Translations under genes and position numbers: made by a program | Source of the DNA: an uncultured Clostridia bacterium | GTDB lineage: Bacteria; Bacillota; Clostridia; Christensenellales; UBA1242 | Direction: 5' to 3' | NCBI GenBank assembly: GCA_945921465.1 | Contig: CAMEKS010000003.1 | Location: forward strand, 1 to 62,831 | Length of the DNA: 62,831 nt | The notes under the pieces: model-generated | Database searches by the model: none | What the model was told of the DNA's origin: nothing | What the model saw: only the letters and a program-made list of their open reading frames with translations | Part shown: positions 39,859 to 50,158 of the stretch, piece by piece | Position numbering within the stretch: position 1 is the stretch's first letter | Layout of the letters: every line of letters starts with the position of its first letter

Positions 39859-41053
39859 ATAATTCCTCCGACATTAGTGATAGGAATAATTCCTTTACAT
39901 CAGGGTCTGGCTCTTGACCAGTCTGACGCATTACAAAATTGTCAAAAATTTCTGCATTAGTTAAATCTTTTTTAGATACAAAGTCTTTTCTTATACTCTT
40001 AGCTTCCTTGGTTATAACGGATAATGTGATTAAGTTAGGATAATCGGTTCGTAATTTCTTAATCTCATCCATCGTTATTTGGTCAGCGTTTTCTATCTCT
40101 ATTTTAATCCAAGAGTCTGGATTGTCTCGACAAATAAGCTGTGCCTGCAATAGAGATGTGACACTGAATTTCTTTAGAGTCTTAACATTTAGTGGTATTT
40201 TTTCTATTCTATTTAGTCCCATATTGTTAATGTCTGCTACTATAACTTTGGTCTGACTAGAACTAGATTGATCAAAGTTTTGGTTGATTAGTGCTCCACT
40301 ATAATAAATATTCCGCTCTCTATTAACTGGCACACATGCGTGTATATGTCCTAGAGCTGTGTAGTGCGCCTTGGTAAATAAAGCATCATTACTAATCAAT
40401 CCCGTAAAATTGTCTATATGTGACATTTTAGAATATGCCTCGGATGAAATCTTGGATGTGTATGTAAGTAGGTGAGTCATTGCTATATTAATAGTATTAT
40501 CCCTAAAGTGTGATGCACCTATATTAAGCCATTCCTTTACTCTGTCAGAGAAAGTTATTCCTTCTATTTTTTTCTCACCAAACCTATAATAAGATGGATA
40601 TGGCATATATGCAATAACCGCTTTTTCGCCATCAACTTTTTCAAGAACTATATATCCACGACCACTCTCAATTGCTCTTATTTTACGATATTCGGTGTAG
40701 TCTGGAGCAGAAATGTTAATTGCATCTAGACTGCCTATCAAAAAAATCCCATAGTTATTAGCAAAAACACTTGCATTACTTAACCTCTTAGGATCGTCGT
40801 GATTGCCTGCGATTGCTATTACTATAGTATTGCCGTCATTATTTAGCTCTTTTACAGTGCGATAAAACAAATCTTCTGCTTCCGAACTTGGCACTAACGA
40901 ATCGTATATATCACCAGCAATTAATACAACATCTACATCCTTATCCCTAACAATTTTGATTAATTGCTTTAATGCTTCTTTCTGTTCTTCTAATCTAGGT
41001 ACATCATCCGTTTTGCATCCAAGATGCCAGTCAGCAGTATGTAATATTCTCAT
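39833..41053 (-). CDS. sbcD: SbcD/Mre11-like nuclease
   Basis: HTADWHLG, AGDIYD, AGNHD, ALGHIH, YYSG. Confidence 0.95.
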   Translation of the reverse strand: MRILHTADWHLGCKTDDVPRLEEQKEALKQLIKIVRDKDVDVVLIAGDIYDSLVPSSEAEDLFYRTVKELNNDGNTIVIAIAGNHDDPKRLSNASVFANNYGIFLIGSLDAINISAPDYTEYRKIRAIESGRGYIVLEKVDGEKAVIAYMPYPSYYRFGEKKIEGITFSDRVKEWLNIGASHFRDNTINIAMTHLLTYTSKISSEAYSKMSHIDNFTGLISNDALFTKAHYTALGHIHACVPVNRERNIYYSGALINQNFDQSSSSQTKVIVADINNMGLNRIEKIPLNVKTLKKFSVTSLLQAQLICRDNPDSWIKIEIENADQITMDEIKKLRTDYPNLITLSVITKEAKSIRKDFVSKKDLTNAEIFDNFVMRQTGQEPDPDVKELFLSLMSEELYETDSDNN

Positions 41054-41322
41054 ACTAATTCTCCAAATCTCATTCTAACATTTTTTATTTATATCATAAA
41101 TAAAATTTATTCTAACGTAGTATATCAAATTTTGCTTCTATTTCAAAATAATAACTATCTAATTTTTAATTACATATTTTTTGTAAATTTATAGAATAAG
41201 AATTTAATAATAATAAATTTTGTATGTATGTGAAGTATATTATAATTAATACAAAATTTCTTACTTTATCTAACATTATAAATAAACAAATTGCTAAAAA
41301 TAAAACATTTGCTTGTAAGTGG

Positions 41323-41351
41323 TTGAAAAAATGTGATAATTCTTGTATAAT
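41323..41351 (+). promoter_or_regulatory. SigmaA promoter whose -10 is the left end of the repeat element
   Basis: TTGAAA (41323-28)-17-TATAAT (41346-51). Confidence 0.6.
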
Positions 41352-41430
41352 CTATGTGTAATTGGGCTATCGCCCAATATGCACTATCGTGCATCTCAGC
41401 CGACTGGCGTCGTCTGACACATAGATTGTT
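41346..41430. repeat. Second copy of the structured repeat
   Basis: 32/33 identity with 21651-21683; 11-bp IR AATCTATGTGT/ACACATAGATT enclosing three small hairpins. Confidence 0.75.
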
Positions 41431-41432
41431 AT

Positions 41433-41529
41433 CTTCGTCGTATTATATCAAGGTCCACTAGCGTGGTACTTTGTATAATACTCCTCGAGCACAATCTACG
41501 ACTAGCTGTAGTGGATATAATTGACGATG
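41433..41529 (+). ncRNA. Candidate structured RNA / leader of the dnaD-dnaC-like operon
   Basis: Closing stem 41433-49/41514-29, two inner hairpins with CTAGC-containing loops, alternative pairing 41440-47/41474-81; no known family recognised. Confidence 0.4.
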
Positions 41530-41686
41530 TTGCTTATTAATTATCAAGACATAAGCGTATTGTCATACACTATAACTAATTTTTTAGGATTAATTAAGTA
41601 TATGTATTAACCAAAATAGTACTATTCAAATATTAATTAAATGGCTGTTTTTAGCCATATAATATACAAATATAGGGGGGTAAATA

Positions 41687-43144
41687 ATGAGTTGTTGCAA
41701 ATATTCTTCGGAATTTATTTCTAGTAATAAAACAAGTATTGATAATGTTTTTATCAATGATTTTATGTTGCAAGCACCAGAGAAGTGTGTAAAAGTATAC
41801 TTGTACGGCCTATACAAATGCAACAATCCAGATAGTCTAGATAACAATATTTTAGATATTGCCAAACAACTTAATTATACGCCAGAAGATATAATTAGTG
41901 CATTTATGTACTGGGAAGACCTTAATTTAATACAAATTTTATCTAGGGAACCGTTAGAAGTTAGATATTTGCCAATCAAGAATGGTTCGCTTCATATTAA
42001 GAAGTTTAATGTAGAGAAGTACAAAGCATTCAACACTAAAGCACAAGAACTAATTACTGGTAGAATGATTAGTCCATCTGAGTATCAAGAGTATTACTAT
42101 TTAATAGAAAACAAGCATGTTGAGTCTGATGCTCTAATTATGATTATAAAATATTGTGTTGACAAGAAGGGTGGTAACATATCTTCAAACTATATTTTGA
42201 CAGTAGCCAAAAATTGGATTTTTGACGGTATTTTGACTTGTGCACAAGTAGAGGAAAGATTGCTAGAATTAGAGCGTAACAGTGAAGATATACAGATGGT
42301 ATTAAAGGCTTTGGGCATTAGAAGAAAAGCATCTGAGGATGAATATAGTATGTATCTTGCATGGAAGAATGATATGGAAATGTCGCAAGAAATAATTTTG
42401 CATATAGCAAGAATTGCAAAATCTAAAGGTGCTGGATTTATTAAGTTAGATAACCTGATTAACAAATGCTATTCGCTGAATCTAACAAGCGTGCTTGAGA
42501 TAGACGATTATTTTAATAATCTAGACAATATGTATGAGTTGGCAAAACAAGTTTGCAAGAATTTGGGTATTAGGTACGACAATTTAGAGATAATAGTTGA
42601 TACTTATATTGTTCCTTGGATTAATTTAGGCTTTGAACCTGACGCTTTAACCAAAATTGCCAATTATTGTCTAAAAGCAGGAACCAAAACGATTGACGGT
42701 ATGGATGGTAGAGTTAATCAAATGTTCAAATTGGGTTTGCTTACTGCAAAAGCAATAGAAGATTATATTATTGACTTAGGTAAAAATGATGAAAAAATAG
42801 AGGCAATATTGCAAGCTCTAGGACTAGATAGATGTGTTAATAGTACAGATAGATATTTCTATAAGACTTGGACACAAGTCTGGGAAATTGATGAAGAGTT
42901 AATGAATTATGCTATTGAATTAAGCATTGGTAAATCAATGCCTATGCAGTATATTAATAAAATATTGTCAACATATCATACTAAGTCTATAACCAATGTA
43001 GACGATGCTAAGAAATTGGATTTTGCTAAGTCTGCACCAAACAAATCTAATAATAAGGGTGACTGCGAGAATGCGAAAGGTAAGGAATATTCTAAGCGGC
43101 AATTAAACAGTTTGATAAGTAACTTGTTTGAGGTTGAAATATAA
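41687..43144 (+). CDS. DnaB/DnaD-like replication initiation protein (repeated DnaD-type domains)
   Basis: IDNVFINDFM..AP...VKVYLYGL N-terminus; repeated NYILTVAKNW / QYINKILSTY units; coupled to a DnaC-like ATPase. Confidence 0.85.
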   Translation: MSCCKYSSEFISSNKTSIDNVFINDFMLQAPEKCVKVYLYGLYKCNNPDSLDNNILDIAKQLNYTPEDIISAFMYWEDLNLIQILSREPLEVRYLPIKNGSLHIKKFNVEKYKAFNTKAQELITGRMISPSEYQEYYYLIENKHVESDALIMIIKYCVDKKGGNISSNYILTVAKNWIFDGILTCAQVEERLLELERNSEDIQMVLKALGIRRKASEDEYSMYLAWKNDMEMSQEIILHIARIAKSKGAGFIKLDNLINKCYSLNLTSVLEIDDYFNNLDNMYELAKQVCKNLGIRYDNLEIIVDTYIVPWINLGFEPDALTKIANYCLKAGTKTIDGMDGRVNQMFKLGLLTAKAIEDYIIDLGKNDEKIEAILQALGLDRCVNSTDRYFYKTWTQVWEIDEELMNYAIELSIGKSMPMQYINKILSTYHTKSITNVDDAKKLDFAKSAPNKSNNKGDCENAKGKEYSKRQLNSLISNLFEVEI

Positions 43145-44079
43145 TGAAATATTATGAATTACAGAATAGCCTAATAGACGAAGCGTTAGAACATAAGCAA
43201 TTGGTAGAGAGGGTGGCTGATGAGACATTAGAACAAGCACTTTTGATACCTAATTTTAAGTCGAAATATATCGAATTAAAAGATAGAAAACGAGCATTAG
43301 CAAATTCAGAAAATCTGGCTAAATATAGCGAAAAAAATGATGTTTGCATAGCATTATTACAACAGCAATTATTTGAGATTGCAAAGGATAATAATATATC
43401 CAAAACTGATTTTGTTCCCAAATATTGGTGCAAGAAGTGCAAAGATACAGGCTTAATTGGTGATAAAGTTTGTGACTGTATTGCACACAGAATAGTAGAT
43501 CGTATGCGTGGAGAAGAGTCTATAAGGAAATTAGCGACTTTTGATAAATGCGATATGAAAGTTTATAATAAGGATCCATATATCATTGCTGCATATGATA
43601 AAGCTAAGGAATTCGTAGACAAAATAGACACTACAAAATATAATAATATTACCATTATAGGAACTGTAGGCTCAGGGAAAACTTATCTTATGGAGTGTAT
43701 GGCATCAAGGGCTATTGAGATGGGAAAAGAAGTAATGCTGCTTAGTGCTTTTAGATTAAACCAAGCTTTTTTAGATTATCATACTAGTCCAATTAGGGAG
43801 AAAAATGCGATAATAGAGCCATTCTTAAAATGCGATATGTTATGTATAGATGATTTGGGTTGTGAACAGTTGCTTAATAATGTAACAATTCCAATGTTAA
43901 CAATGCTGATAAATGAACGAAATCTATCTAATAAGAAAACGGTAATTACTTCCAATCTTAGTATTGACGAGATTAGAGAAAGGTATGATTACAGGCTATG
44001 TAGTAGGTTGGTTGATTCTCAATTATCCTTGATTATGGAGATTAATTATCAAGACCTAAGGCAACATAAAAATATATAA
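43144..44079 (+). CDS. DnaC/DnaI (IstB-like) helicase loader ATPase
   Basis: CKKCKDTG...CDC Zn motif, GTVGSGKT, LCIDDLG, ITSNLS, RLCSRL. Confidence 0.88.
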   Translation: MKYYELQNSLIDEALEHKQLVERVADETLEQALLIPNFKSKYIELKDRKRALANSENLAKYSEKNDVCIALLQQQLFEIAKDNNISKTDFVPKYWCKKCKDTGLIGDKVCDCIAHRIVDRMRGEESIRKLATFDKCDMKVYNKDPYIIAAYDKAKEFVDKIDTTKYNNITIIGTVGSGKTYLMECMASRAIEMGKEVMLLSAFRLNQAFLDYHTSPIREKNAIIEPFLKCDMLCIDDLGCEQLLNNVTIPMLTMLINERNLSNKKTVITSNLSIDEIRERYDYRLCSRLVDSQLSLIMEINYQDLRQHKNI

Positions 44080-44166
44080 TGAATACAAAAACTATAGAAA
44101 AAAGAAACAATTCCATAGAGTTGCTTCTTGTGATTTTCGATAGTTTTTTTATATTTCTATTTCATG

Positions 44167-44988
44167 TTAGACAATATGGAAGATAGGACTCATATCATGT
44201 GCTTGTGCCACATAAATCTTTATATTTGTTTCAGGATTAATACCTATAGCTGTTAAATAATCACATACAGTTTTGTAGCATAGGCTTGGAGTGTTGTTCT
44301 CTTCACTAAGGTGGGCAAGTATTACTTGTTTAACATTATTAACAGCGAGTCTGCTTACTACTTTGCTTGCAACAACATTACTTAAGTGTCCTTGATCGCC
44401 TTTGATACGCTGCTTAAGTGATAGCGAATATTTAGGGTTTGACATTAGCATTGCTTCGTCGTGATTTGATTCTAATACAACCAATTTACTGTCATAAAAT
44501 CTTGATATTATATCTTCCGAAATACACCCAAGATCTGTAGCAAAGGTTATTTTGCGAGCATTGTTGTATATATTAAAACCGCAGCAGCAAGGCACGTCGT
44601 GAGGGATCTTAAATGACTCAATCCTAAAGTCACCAATTGCAAAAGCAGTATTGCTAAAAGTAAAAATACTATTTGGTCTAATTTTGTTTAACTTTGTAAT
44701 TAAACTGGCGTAGGCGTCTATATGACAATAAATACGTGTGCCATATTTCCTATTAAGTGCACCTACGCTTCTAATATGGTCGCCATGCTCGTGTGTTATA
44801 AGTATACCATCAAGTTGTTCTGGCTTTATAGAAAGAGCGTCCAATTTGGCAATAATTTCTGCCAGACTAACTCCAGCATCTATTAATATTTTTGTATTAT
44901 CTGTATATACAACGCTAACATTCCCTTTAGAGGAACTAGCCAACGAACAAAATCTCATTGTAATTTTCCTTTCGCAGTATTTTATCAA
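44167..44988 (-). CDS. MBL-fold metallo-hydrolase (YycJ/WalJ-like; probable start 44958)
   Basis: LASSSKGN, ILIDAG, THEHGDH, IPHD, TDLG, LESNHD, GHLSN, LAHLSEENN. Confidence 0.92.
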   Translation of the reverse strand: MIKYCERKITMRFCSLASSSKGNVSVVYTDNTKILIDAGVSLAEIIAKLDALSIKPEQLDGILITHEHGDHIRSVGALNRKYGTRIYCHIDAYASLITKLNKIRPNSIFTFSNTAFAIGDFRIESFKIPHDVPCCCGFNIYNNARKITFATDLGCISEDIISRFYDSKLVVLESNHDEAMLMSNPKYSLSLKQRIKGDQGHLSNVVASKVVSRLAVNNVKQVILAHLSEENNTPSLCYKTVCDYLTAIGINPETNIKIYVAQAHDMSPIFHIV

Positions 44989-45180
44989 ATTAAGTAAAAA
45001 AATGCAAGAATTTACTTATGTTGATATTAATTCTTATTATTATTTATTGTATAGTTGCTATTAGATTAAGATCAAATTAATATTTGAGAAAAATTAAAAT
45101 TAAGTAATCTAAGTTACTTCTTTTAATTATATACATCTAAACTTTATCAGAAAGAAAACAAATCTATAAGTGATTATAAA

Positions 45181-45232
45181 AAATGTTAATGAGTATAAGT
45201 GTGTTATTAACACTCATCATTCATTAACATTT
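45181..45232. terminator. Hairpin downstream of recA, possible terminator
   Basis: AAATGTTAATGA / TCATTAACATTT 12-bp arms. Confidence 0.55.
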
Positions 45233-45389
45233 ACTTAACGTTGCAACCTAACCGATATTGAGTTGCTTATGCTATCACTCGCTAATTCTTTTTGCTTTCC
45301 AAAATCCGCTAAGTGTCGTCCTGACAGGAGAAACACACATTGCAACTAATAAAATATGAGTAGGGGATGCGTTATTTAGAACCAATTAA

Positions 45390-46406
45390 TTATTCTTCAC
45401 CAAATTCTATTTTTGGTTCAGTTGTATTCATTTTTTCTCTAACTTTAGCATCAATTTCTGCTAAAATTTCAGGATTTGCTTGCAAGTATGCTTTTACATT
45501 TTCTTTGCCTTGACCAATTTTATTACCATTATAGGCATACCAACTTCCGCTCTTCTGAATAATATCTGCATCGATTGCCACATCTATAATGCAACCGACT
45601 TTATCAATTCCTTTGCCATACATTATATCAAATTCTGCCACTTGGAATGGAGGGGCCATTTTATTTTTTACAACCTTAACTTTGGTTCGGTTGCCAATTA
45701 TATTGGCACCATCTTTGATAACATCGGCTTTTCTAACATCGAGTCGGATACTAGAATAGAATTTCAAAGCTTTACCACCAGTTGTAGTCTCTGGGCTGCC
45801 ATACATTACGCCAATTTTGTCACGTAATTGATTGATAAAGATAACACAAGTTTTGCTTTTGTTGGTGATGCCAGTTAATTTCCTTAATGCTTGGCTCATT
45901 AATCTTGCTTGTGTGCCTACGAAATTATCTCCCATCTCGCCATCAATTTCTGCCTTAGGTGTTAGGGCGGCAACGGAGTCGATAACTACTATATCTACAG
46001 CACCACTTCTAACCAAAGACTCACAAATATCTAGTGCTTGTTCTCCTGTGTCTGGTTGGCTGACATATAATTCGTTTGTATCTACACCTAATTTCTGGGC
46101 ATAACTAGGGTCAAGTGCGTGTTCCGCATCTATAAATGCAGCGACGCCGCCTAGTTTCTGAGCTTCTGCCAAAATGTGTAAAGATACAGTGGTTTTACCA
46201 GAAGACTCTGGTCCATATATTTCAATTATTCTGCCTCTAGGTACGCCGCCAATACCCAAAGCACGGTCTAGCGTTAAGCAACCTGTAGGTATTACATCTA
46301 CTTTTTGTGATGCAGAATCACCCAATTTCATTATTGAGCCCTTGCCAAATTGTTTCTCAATTTGTAATAATGCTGATTCTAAAGCTTTTTTCTTATTTTC
46401 GTCCAT
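45390..46406 (-). CDS. recA: Recombinase RecA
   Basis: [40 protein letters not shown]. Confidence 0.99.
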   Translation of the reverse strand: MDENKKKALESALLQIEKQFGKGSIMKLGDSASQKVDVIPTGCLTLDRALGIGGVPRGRIIEIYGPESSGKTTVSLHILAEAQKLGGVAAFIDAEHALDPSYAQKLGVDTNELYVSQPDTGEQALDICESLVRSGAVDIVVIDSVAALTPKAEIDGEMGDNFVGTQARLMSQALRKLTGITNKSKTCVIFINQLRDKIGVMYGSPETTTGGKALKFYSSIRLDVRKADVIKDGANIIGNRTKVKVVKNKMAPPFQVAEFDIMYGKGIDKVGCIIDVAIDADIIQKSGSWYAYNGNKIGQGKENVKAYLQANPEILAEIDAKVREKMNTTEPKIEFGEE

Positions 46407-46542
46407 AATTATCCTTTTTGCTGATATTTGATTACTCGTTTAACTTATTATATATTTCAACTGCTTTAAATTTCAAATTTTTTTTTGTTGAGATATTAAT
46501 AATTTATACAGTATAATTTTAGCATAATTCTAGATATTAATC

Positions 46543-46554
46543 AAACATTTGTTC
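46543..46554 (-). promoter_or_regulatory. Firmicute-type LexA (SOS) box upstream of recA
   Basis: Minus strand GAAC-AAAT-GTTT abutting TTGATT-17-TAAAAT. Confidence 0.7.
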
Positions 46555-46625
46555 ACGATTTTGTATCATTTTTAATAAATATTAGTTTAGTATACACTTA
46601 ATCGGAAGTGCTAATTTAGTAGGGG

Positions 46626-46961
46626 TTAGTTTTTCTTGTTATCGTTTATTGCTGTAATACCTTCAATTTTGGATACCGGCAAAGAGAAACACATTCCACG
46701 TCCAATTGTATCCAAATTGGTACTTTCACAAATTGCTTTCATTATTTTTGTTTTGTCGTCACTCTTAACCACTGTTAATACTATTTCTTTTTCTGGTTGA
46801 ATTGTAACACCTAAGAATTTTTCAGTTTCTTTTGAGTTAGAACTCAATGCATTAATTATTGTGCCACCAGTCGCTCCTGCTTCACGAGAGGCTTGAACGA
46901 CGTAGTCGCTGTATCCTTTATTAACTATTGTAATTATCAAATCATATTTTTTGTTGTTCAT
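46626..46961 (-). CDS. P-II family protein
   Basis: TIVNKG, AGATGGTII, QPEKEIVL, GRGMCFSLPV. Confidence 0.88.
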   Translation of the reverse strand: MNNKKYDLIITIVNKGYSDYVVQASREAGATGGTIINALSSNSKETEKFLGVTIQPEKEIVLTVVKSDDKTKIMKAICESTNLDTIGRGMCFSLPVSKIEGITAINDNKKN

Positions 46962-46977
46962 ATATAATCTCCCTTAA

Positions 46978-47340
46978 TTAGTAGTTAATTCCAAGAAAAT
47001 CTAACATTATGCTGGATGCCGAAGATGAAGGAATGGTCATTACTATACCTTTGCCAGGTTCTTCTAATTGTAATGCTGCATTAATACTTCCTATTATGCG
47101 GTCAGATTTGATGGGTTCTATTAATGACCAGACAATTTCTCTATCGACAACGCCAAAACCAAATATGTCTGCAGTTGCAGATTTAGCGGTGCCTTCACCC
47201 AGTGTGACTAGACTAAAAACAGCATCATTTTGCTCCAATATATCATATACACGCTTAGCGTTGCCTCTCTCTACAATTGCTATCATTAATTCAAAAGGGG
47301 CGGTTATACTTTTCTTTTTCATACTTTGTCTCCTATTCAA
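46978..47340 (-). CDS. P-II family protein, divergent (probable start 47322)
   Basis: AIVERG, GEGTA, DREIVW, PGKGIVMTIP. Confidence 0.85.
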   Translation of the reverse strand: MNRRQSMKKKSITAPFELMIAIVERGNAKRVYDILEQNDAVFSLVTLGEGTAKSATADIFGFGVVDREIVWSLIEPIKSDRIIGSINAALQLEEPGKGIVMTIPSSSASSIMLDFLGINY

Positions 47341-48850
47341 ATTCGATAATCTCTATATGAGTTGTAGCAGTTTTCTTTTTGCGAGGGTTGTGTCTCTTAT
47401 ATGCAAGCGTATATGCGGATCCAAGAATTTGCAGGCATAATATAGGCATAACGGCAATAATGGCTACTGTACCAAATCCAGTTGCTATTCCTGGTTCTAT
47501 TACGCTTGCAACGCCATTGATAAATGGCAAAATAAATGATACTGCCATAGCACCTGTAGCCGTGCCACCAGCGTCAAATGCAATAGAAGTAAATACTTGA
47601 CTATTATAGAATGATAATGCTATGCAAATAGTATAAATCGGAATTAAAAAAGCCAATAATGGAATATTATACAATGTCTTAAGCATTGCAAAGAATACTG
47701 ATAATGCTACGCCGATAGATACTGTAACTAGTATTGTTTTTTGTTTGATTTTGCCATTAGTTACTTCTTCTACTTGTTTCTTAAGTACGTGTATTGCTGG
47801 TTCGGCTGCGATAATAAAATATCCAAAAACCAAACTTAGTGGAAGTAATATCCAACTAAATTCGCCACTAGCGATTTGTTTACCCAAGATTGATGCAATT
47901 GGCAAAAAGCCTGCATTAACGCCTGTTAAGAAAATTACAACACCTATGTACATATATACCAAACCCATCACAATTTTTTTGATAGTTTGCTTAGACAATT
48001 TTAACATAGTAAATTGGAATATCGTAAATATAAGTGCTATTGGCAAAATTGTAATTGCAACATCCTTAAGATATTTTACCAGTGTCAAAATTAATGTTTT
48101 TGCCACATCGCCACCCATAGTAATTGCTTCAGTTGTAACGACTATGTTGGCCTCTCTAGGTAAAAACAATCCAAATATCATTGTTGCCAGTATTGGACCC
48201 AAAGATGATAGGGCAAGGTAGCCCAAGGCATCTGATGTATTGTCATTACTATGTGTAATAGAAGCAATTCCCAAACCAAATGCTATAAGAAATGGTACTG
48301 ATATTGGCCCTGTGGTCACGCTTCCAGAATCAAATATAATAGGTGTTAAATAATTAGGGACTAAAGGTGTCAGTACAAATAATAGTGCATATCCTATTGC
48401 CAGAATAATAGATAATTTAATGCGGAATACAACCTTAAGTATGGCGACAATCAAAAATAAACCTACGCCTATTGATACAATAGAAATAAATAAAAATTGT
48501 TGACTAAATATACCCATATCAGATATTTGTTCGGCTAGTACTGCTAGGTCAGGTTCTGCAAAAGTAATAATAAATCCTATAAAAGCAGAACAAATTAGCA
48601 TTAATGATAATTTCTTGCTCTTGCACAAACTTTTGCCTATGCTTTCACCCATAATGGTCATAGAGGAGTCTGTACCCAATGTAAATAAGGAAATACCAAA
48701 TAACATAAATATTGCACATATGCCAAACAAAATATATGCACTAAATGACATAGGGGATATGCATATCGACAATATCAATACTATAAAAGTAATTGGTAGT
48801 ATAGCGCCTAATGATTCTTTTAATTTCTTCATCAAATTTTTCCCAATCAT
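47333..48850 (-). CDS. DUF1538 double-domain membrane protein
   Basis: Two repeats with FAEPDL / AAEPAI and FDSGSVTTGP / FDAGGTATGA. Confidence 0.9.
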   Translation of the reverse strand: MIGKNLMKKLKESLGAILPITFIVLILSICISPMSFSAYILFGICAIFMLFGISLFTLGTDSSMTIMGESIGKSLCKSKKLSLMLICSAFIGFIITFAEPDLAVLAEQISDMGIFSQQFLFISIVSIGVGLFLIVAILKVVFRIKLSIILAIGYALLFVLTPLVPNYLTPIIFDSGSVTTGPISVPFLIAFGLGIASITHSNDNTSDALGYLALSSLGPILATMIFGLFLPREANIVVTTEAITMGGDVAKTLILTLVKYLKDVAITILPIALIFTIFQFTMLKLSKQTIKKIVMGLVYMYIGVVIFLTGVNAGFLPIASILGKQIASGEFSWILLPLSLVFGYFIIAAEPAIHVLKKQVEEVTNGKIKQKTILVTVSIGVALSVFFAMLKTLYNIPLLAFLIPIYTICIALSFYNSQVFTSIAFDAGGTATGAMAVSFILPFINGVASVIEPGIATGFGTVAIIAVMPILCLQILGSAYTLAYKRHNPRKKKTATTHIEIIEFE

Positions 48851-49003
48851 TTTATTTCCTCCTATTTATTTTACAAGATTCAGTGCAAATAAGATATAAT
48901 TAAATCATATATTAATGTTGTTTTAGAATTTAATTGCTATTTTGTCTATATTCGTACTATGCAAGGATTATAGTTTTTGAATTATAGGGTAGACCTATCA
49001 GTT

Positions 49004-50158
49004 TTACATATCTCTAAGACTTTCAGGAGCAACATTTATTATTCGTGGTAACAATTCATTTATAATAGCGGTCTTATAAGTTTTGCTAGTGTGTAAAGTG
49101 TCAAAAGCCATTAGTGTTGAATTTTGCCCTGGAGCCACATACTTGCCCAAACTTATAATTCGCTTCATAGTAGTCAGTGTTTCTGGGCTGATATCGTCGG
49201 TTACTTGTCCTTTTATGTTATAATTAATAATCTTAAATATTTCGCTAAATTCGGTGATAATTAATAAAACCTGTTTTTCATAAACCACCATATTTTTTAC
49301 TTTTTCGGTTATTAATTTAAGAGTCTCGTATGATTTACTATATTCATCATCGATATTAAGATCATATATTTCTATTTTGCCGTCAGTAGTAATTCCGCTA
49401 GGCATATTAGAATTGGCATTAATCATTATCATATTTAATTCTGGGTTTTTTAATTCTTTGCAAAAATCTAAAGCGAATTTTCTAATATCGGTAGACTCTG
49501 GACACCAGAAGAAATTAGATGTCCCCTTAAAAATATCATATGGTGCAATATTTTTATATTTATTACAATCTAACTCTATTTTATCAAAATTGTTAGGCAT
49601 GGTTGGTAAGGAAAAGAATAAATTACGATTATATTCTTCGATATTTATGCCATTAATTTTTAATATATTATCTATTTGATATCCGTATGCGTTGACTAAT
49701 GGACGAGCGGATATAGTTAGTATATCGCCACGTTTTATATCATTGTCAGTTATGTCTCTCTTGGTCAATGGAATATTAATCATTTGACCCGACTCTTGTA
49801 TTATACGCAAGATAGGTGGTATATCTGGTTCAATTACTACCGCGCCTTCTAATATTTCTGGTTTGGCATTATAGTCACATATAGGTGCGTTAAGCCAAGA
49901 ATAACTAGAATATGATGTCTCGTAATTGTATTGAAAGTTCTTGCTAAGTGGTTTTCGTCCCATTTTATTCTCAACAGGCGTCTGTTCTCCTTGGCAGACT
50001 TTTAGTATCGATTCCACTAATTCTTGTTTTTTCTTAGTTGTAGGGGATTGTACTCCACAGCCTCTAGCTAGGCATCTTAGGTCATGGATGTCTAAATTGT
50101 TCAATCGATTAGTTACTTGTTCTAGAGTCTCGTTTTGCATATAAGCTCCTTTTCCCAA
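49004..50158 (-). CDS. Degenerate, ATPase-dead Rho-like protein (probable start ATG 50140)
   Basis: Rho_N-like LNNLDIHDLRCLARGCGVQSPTTKKKQELVESIL, OB-fold region, collinear ATPase-domain remnants without GKT or DERPEE. Confidence 0.8.
   Translation of the reverse strand: MGKGAYMQNETLEQVTNRLNNLDIHDLRCLARGCGVQSPTTKKKQELVESILKVCQGEQTPVENKMGRKPLSKNFQYNYETSYSSYSWLNAPICDYNAKPEILEGAVVIEPDIPPILRIIQESGQMINIPLTKRDITDNDIKRGDILTISARPLVNAYGYQIDNILKINGINIEEYNRNLFFSLPTMPNNFDKIELDCNKYKNIAPYDIFKGTSNFFWCPESTDIRKFALDFCKELKNPELNMIMINANSNMPSGITTDGKIEIYDLNIDDEYSKSYETLKLITEKVKNMVVYEKQVLLIITEFSEIFKIINYNIKGQVTDDISPETLTTMKRIISLGKYVAPGQNSTLMAFDTLHTSKTYKTAIINELLPRIINVAPESLRDM

Noticed and set aside
46606-46614. AAGTGCTAA resembling a CIRCE right arm
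   Set aside because: No matching left arm at the 9-bp spacing and no chaperone gene nearby
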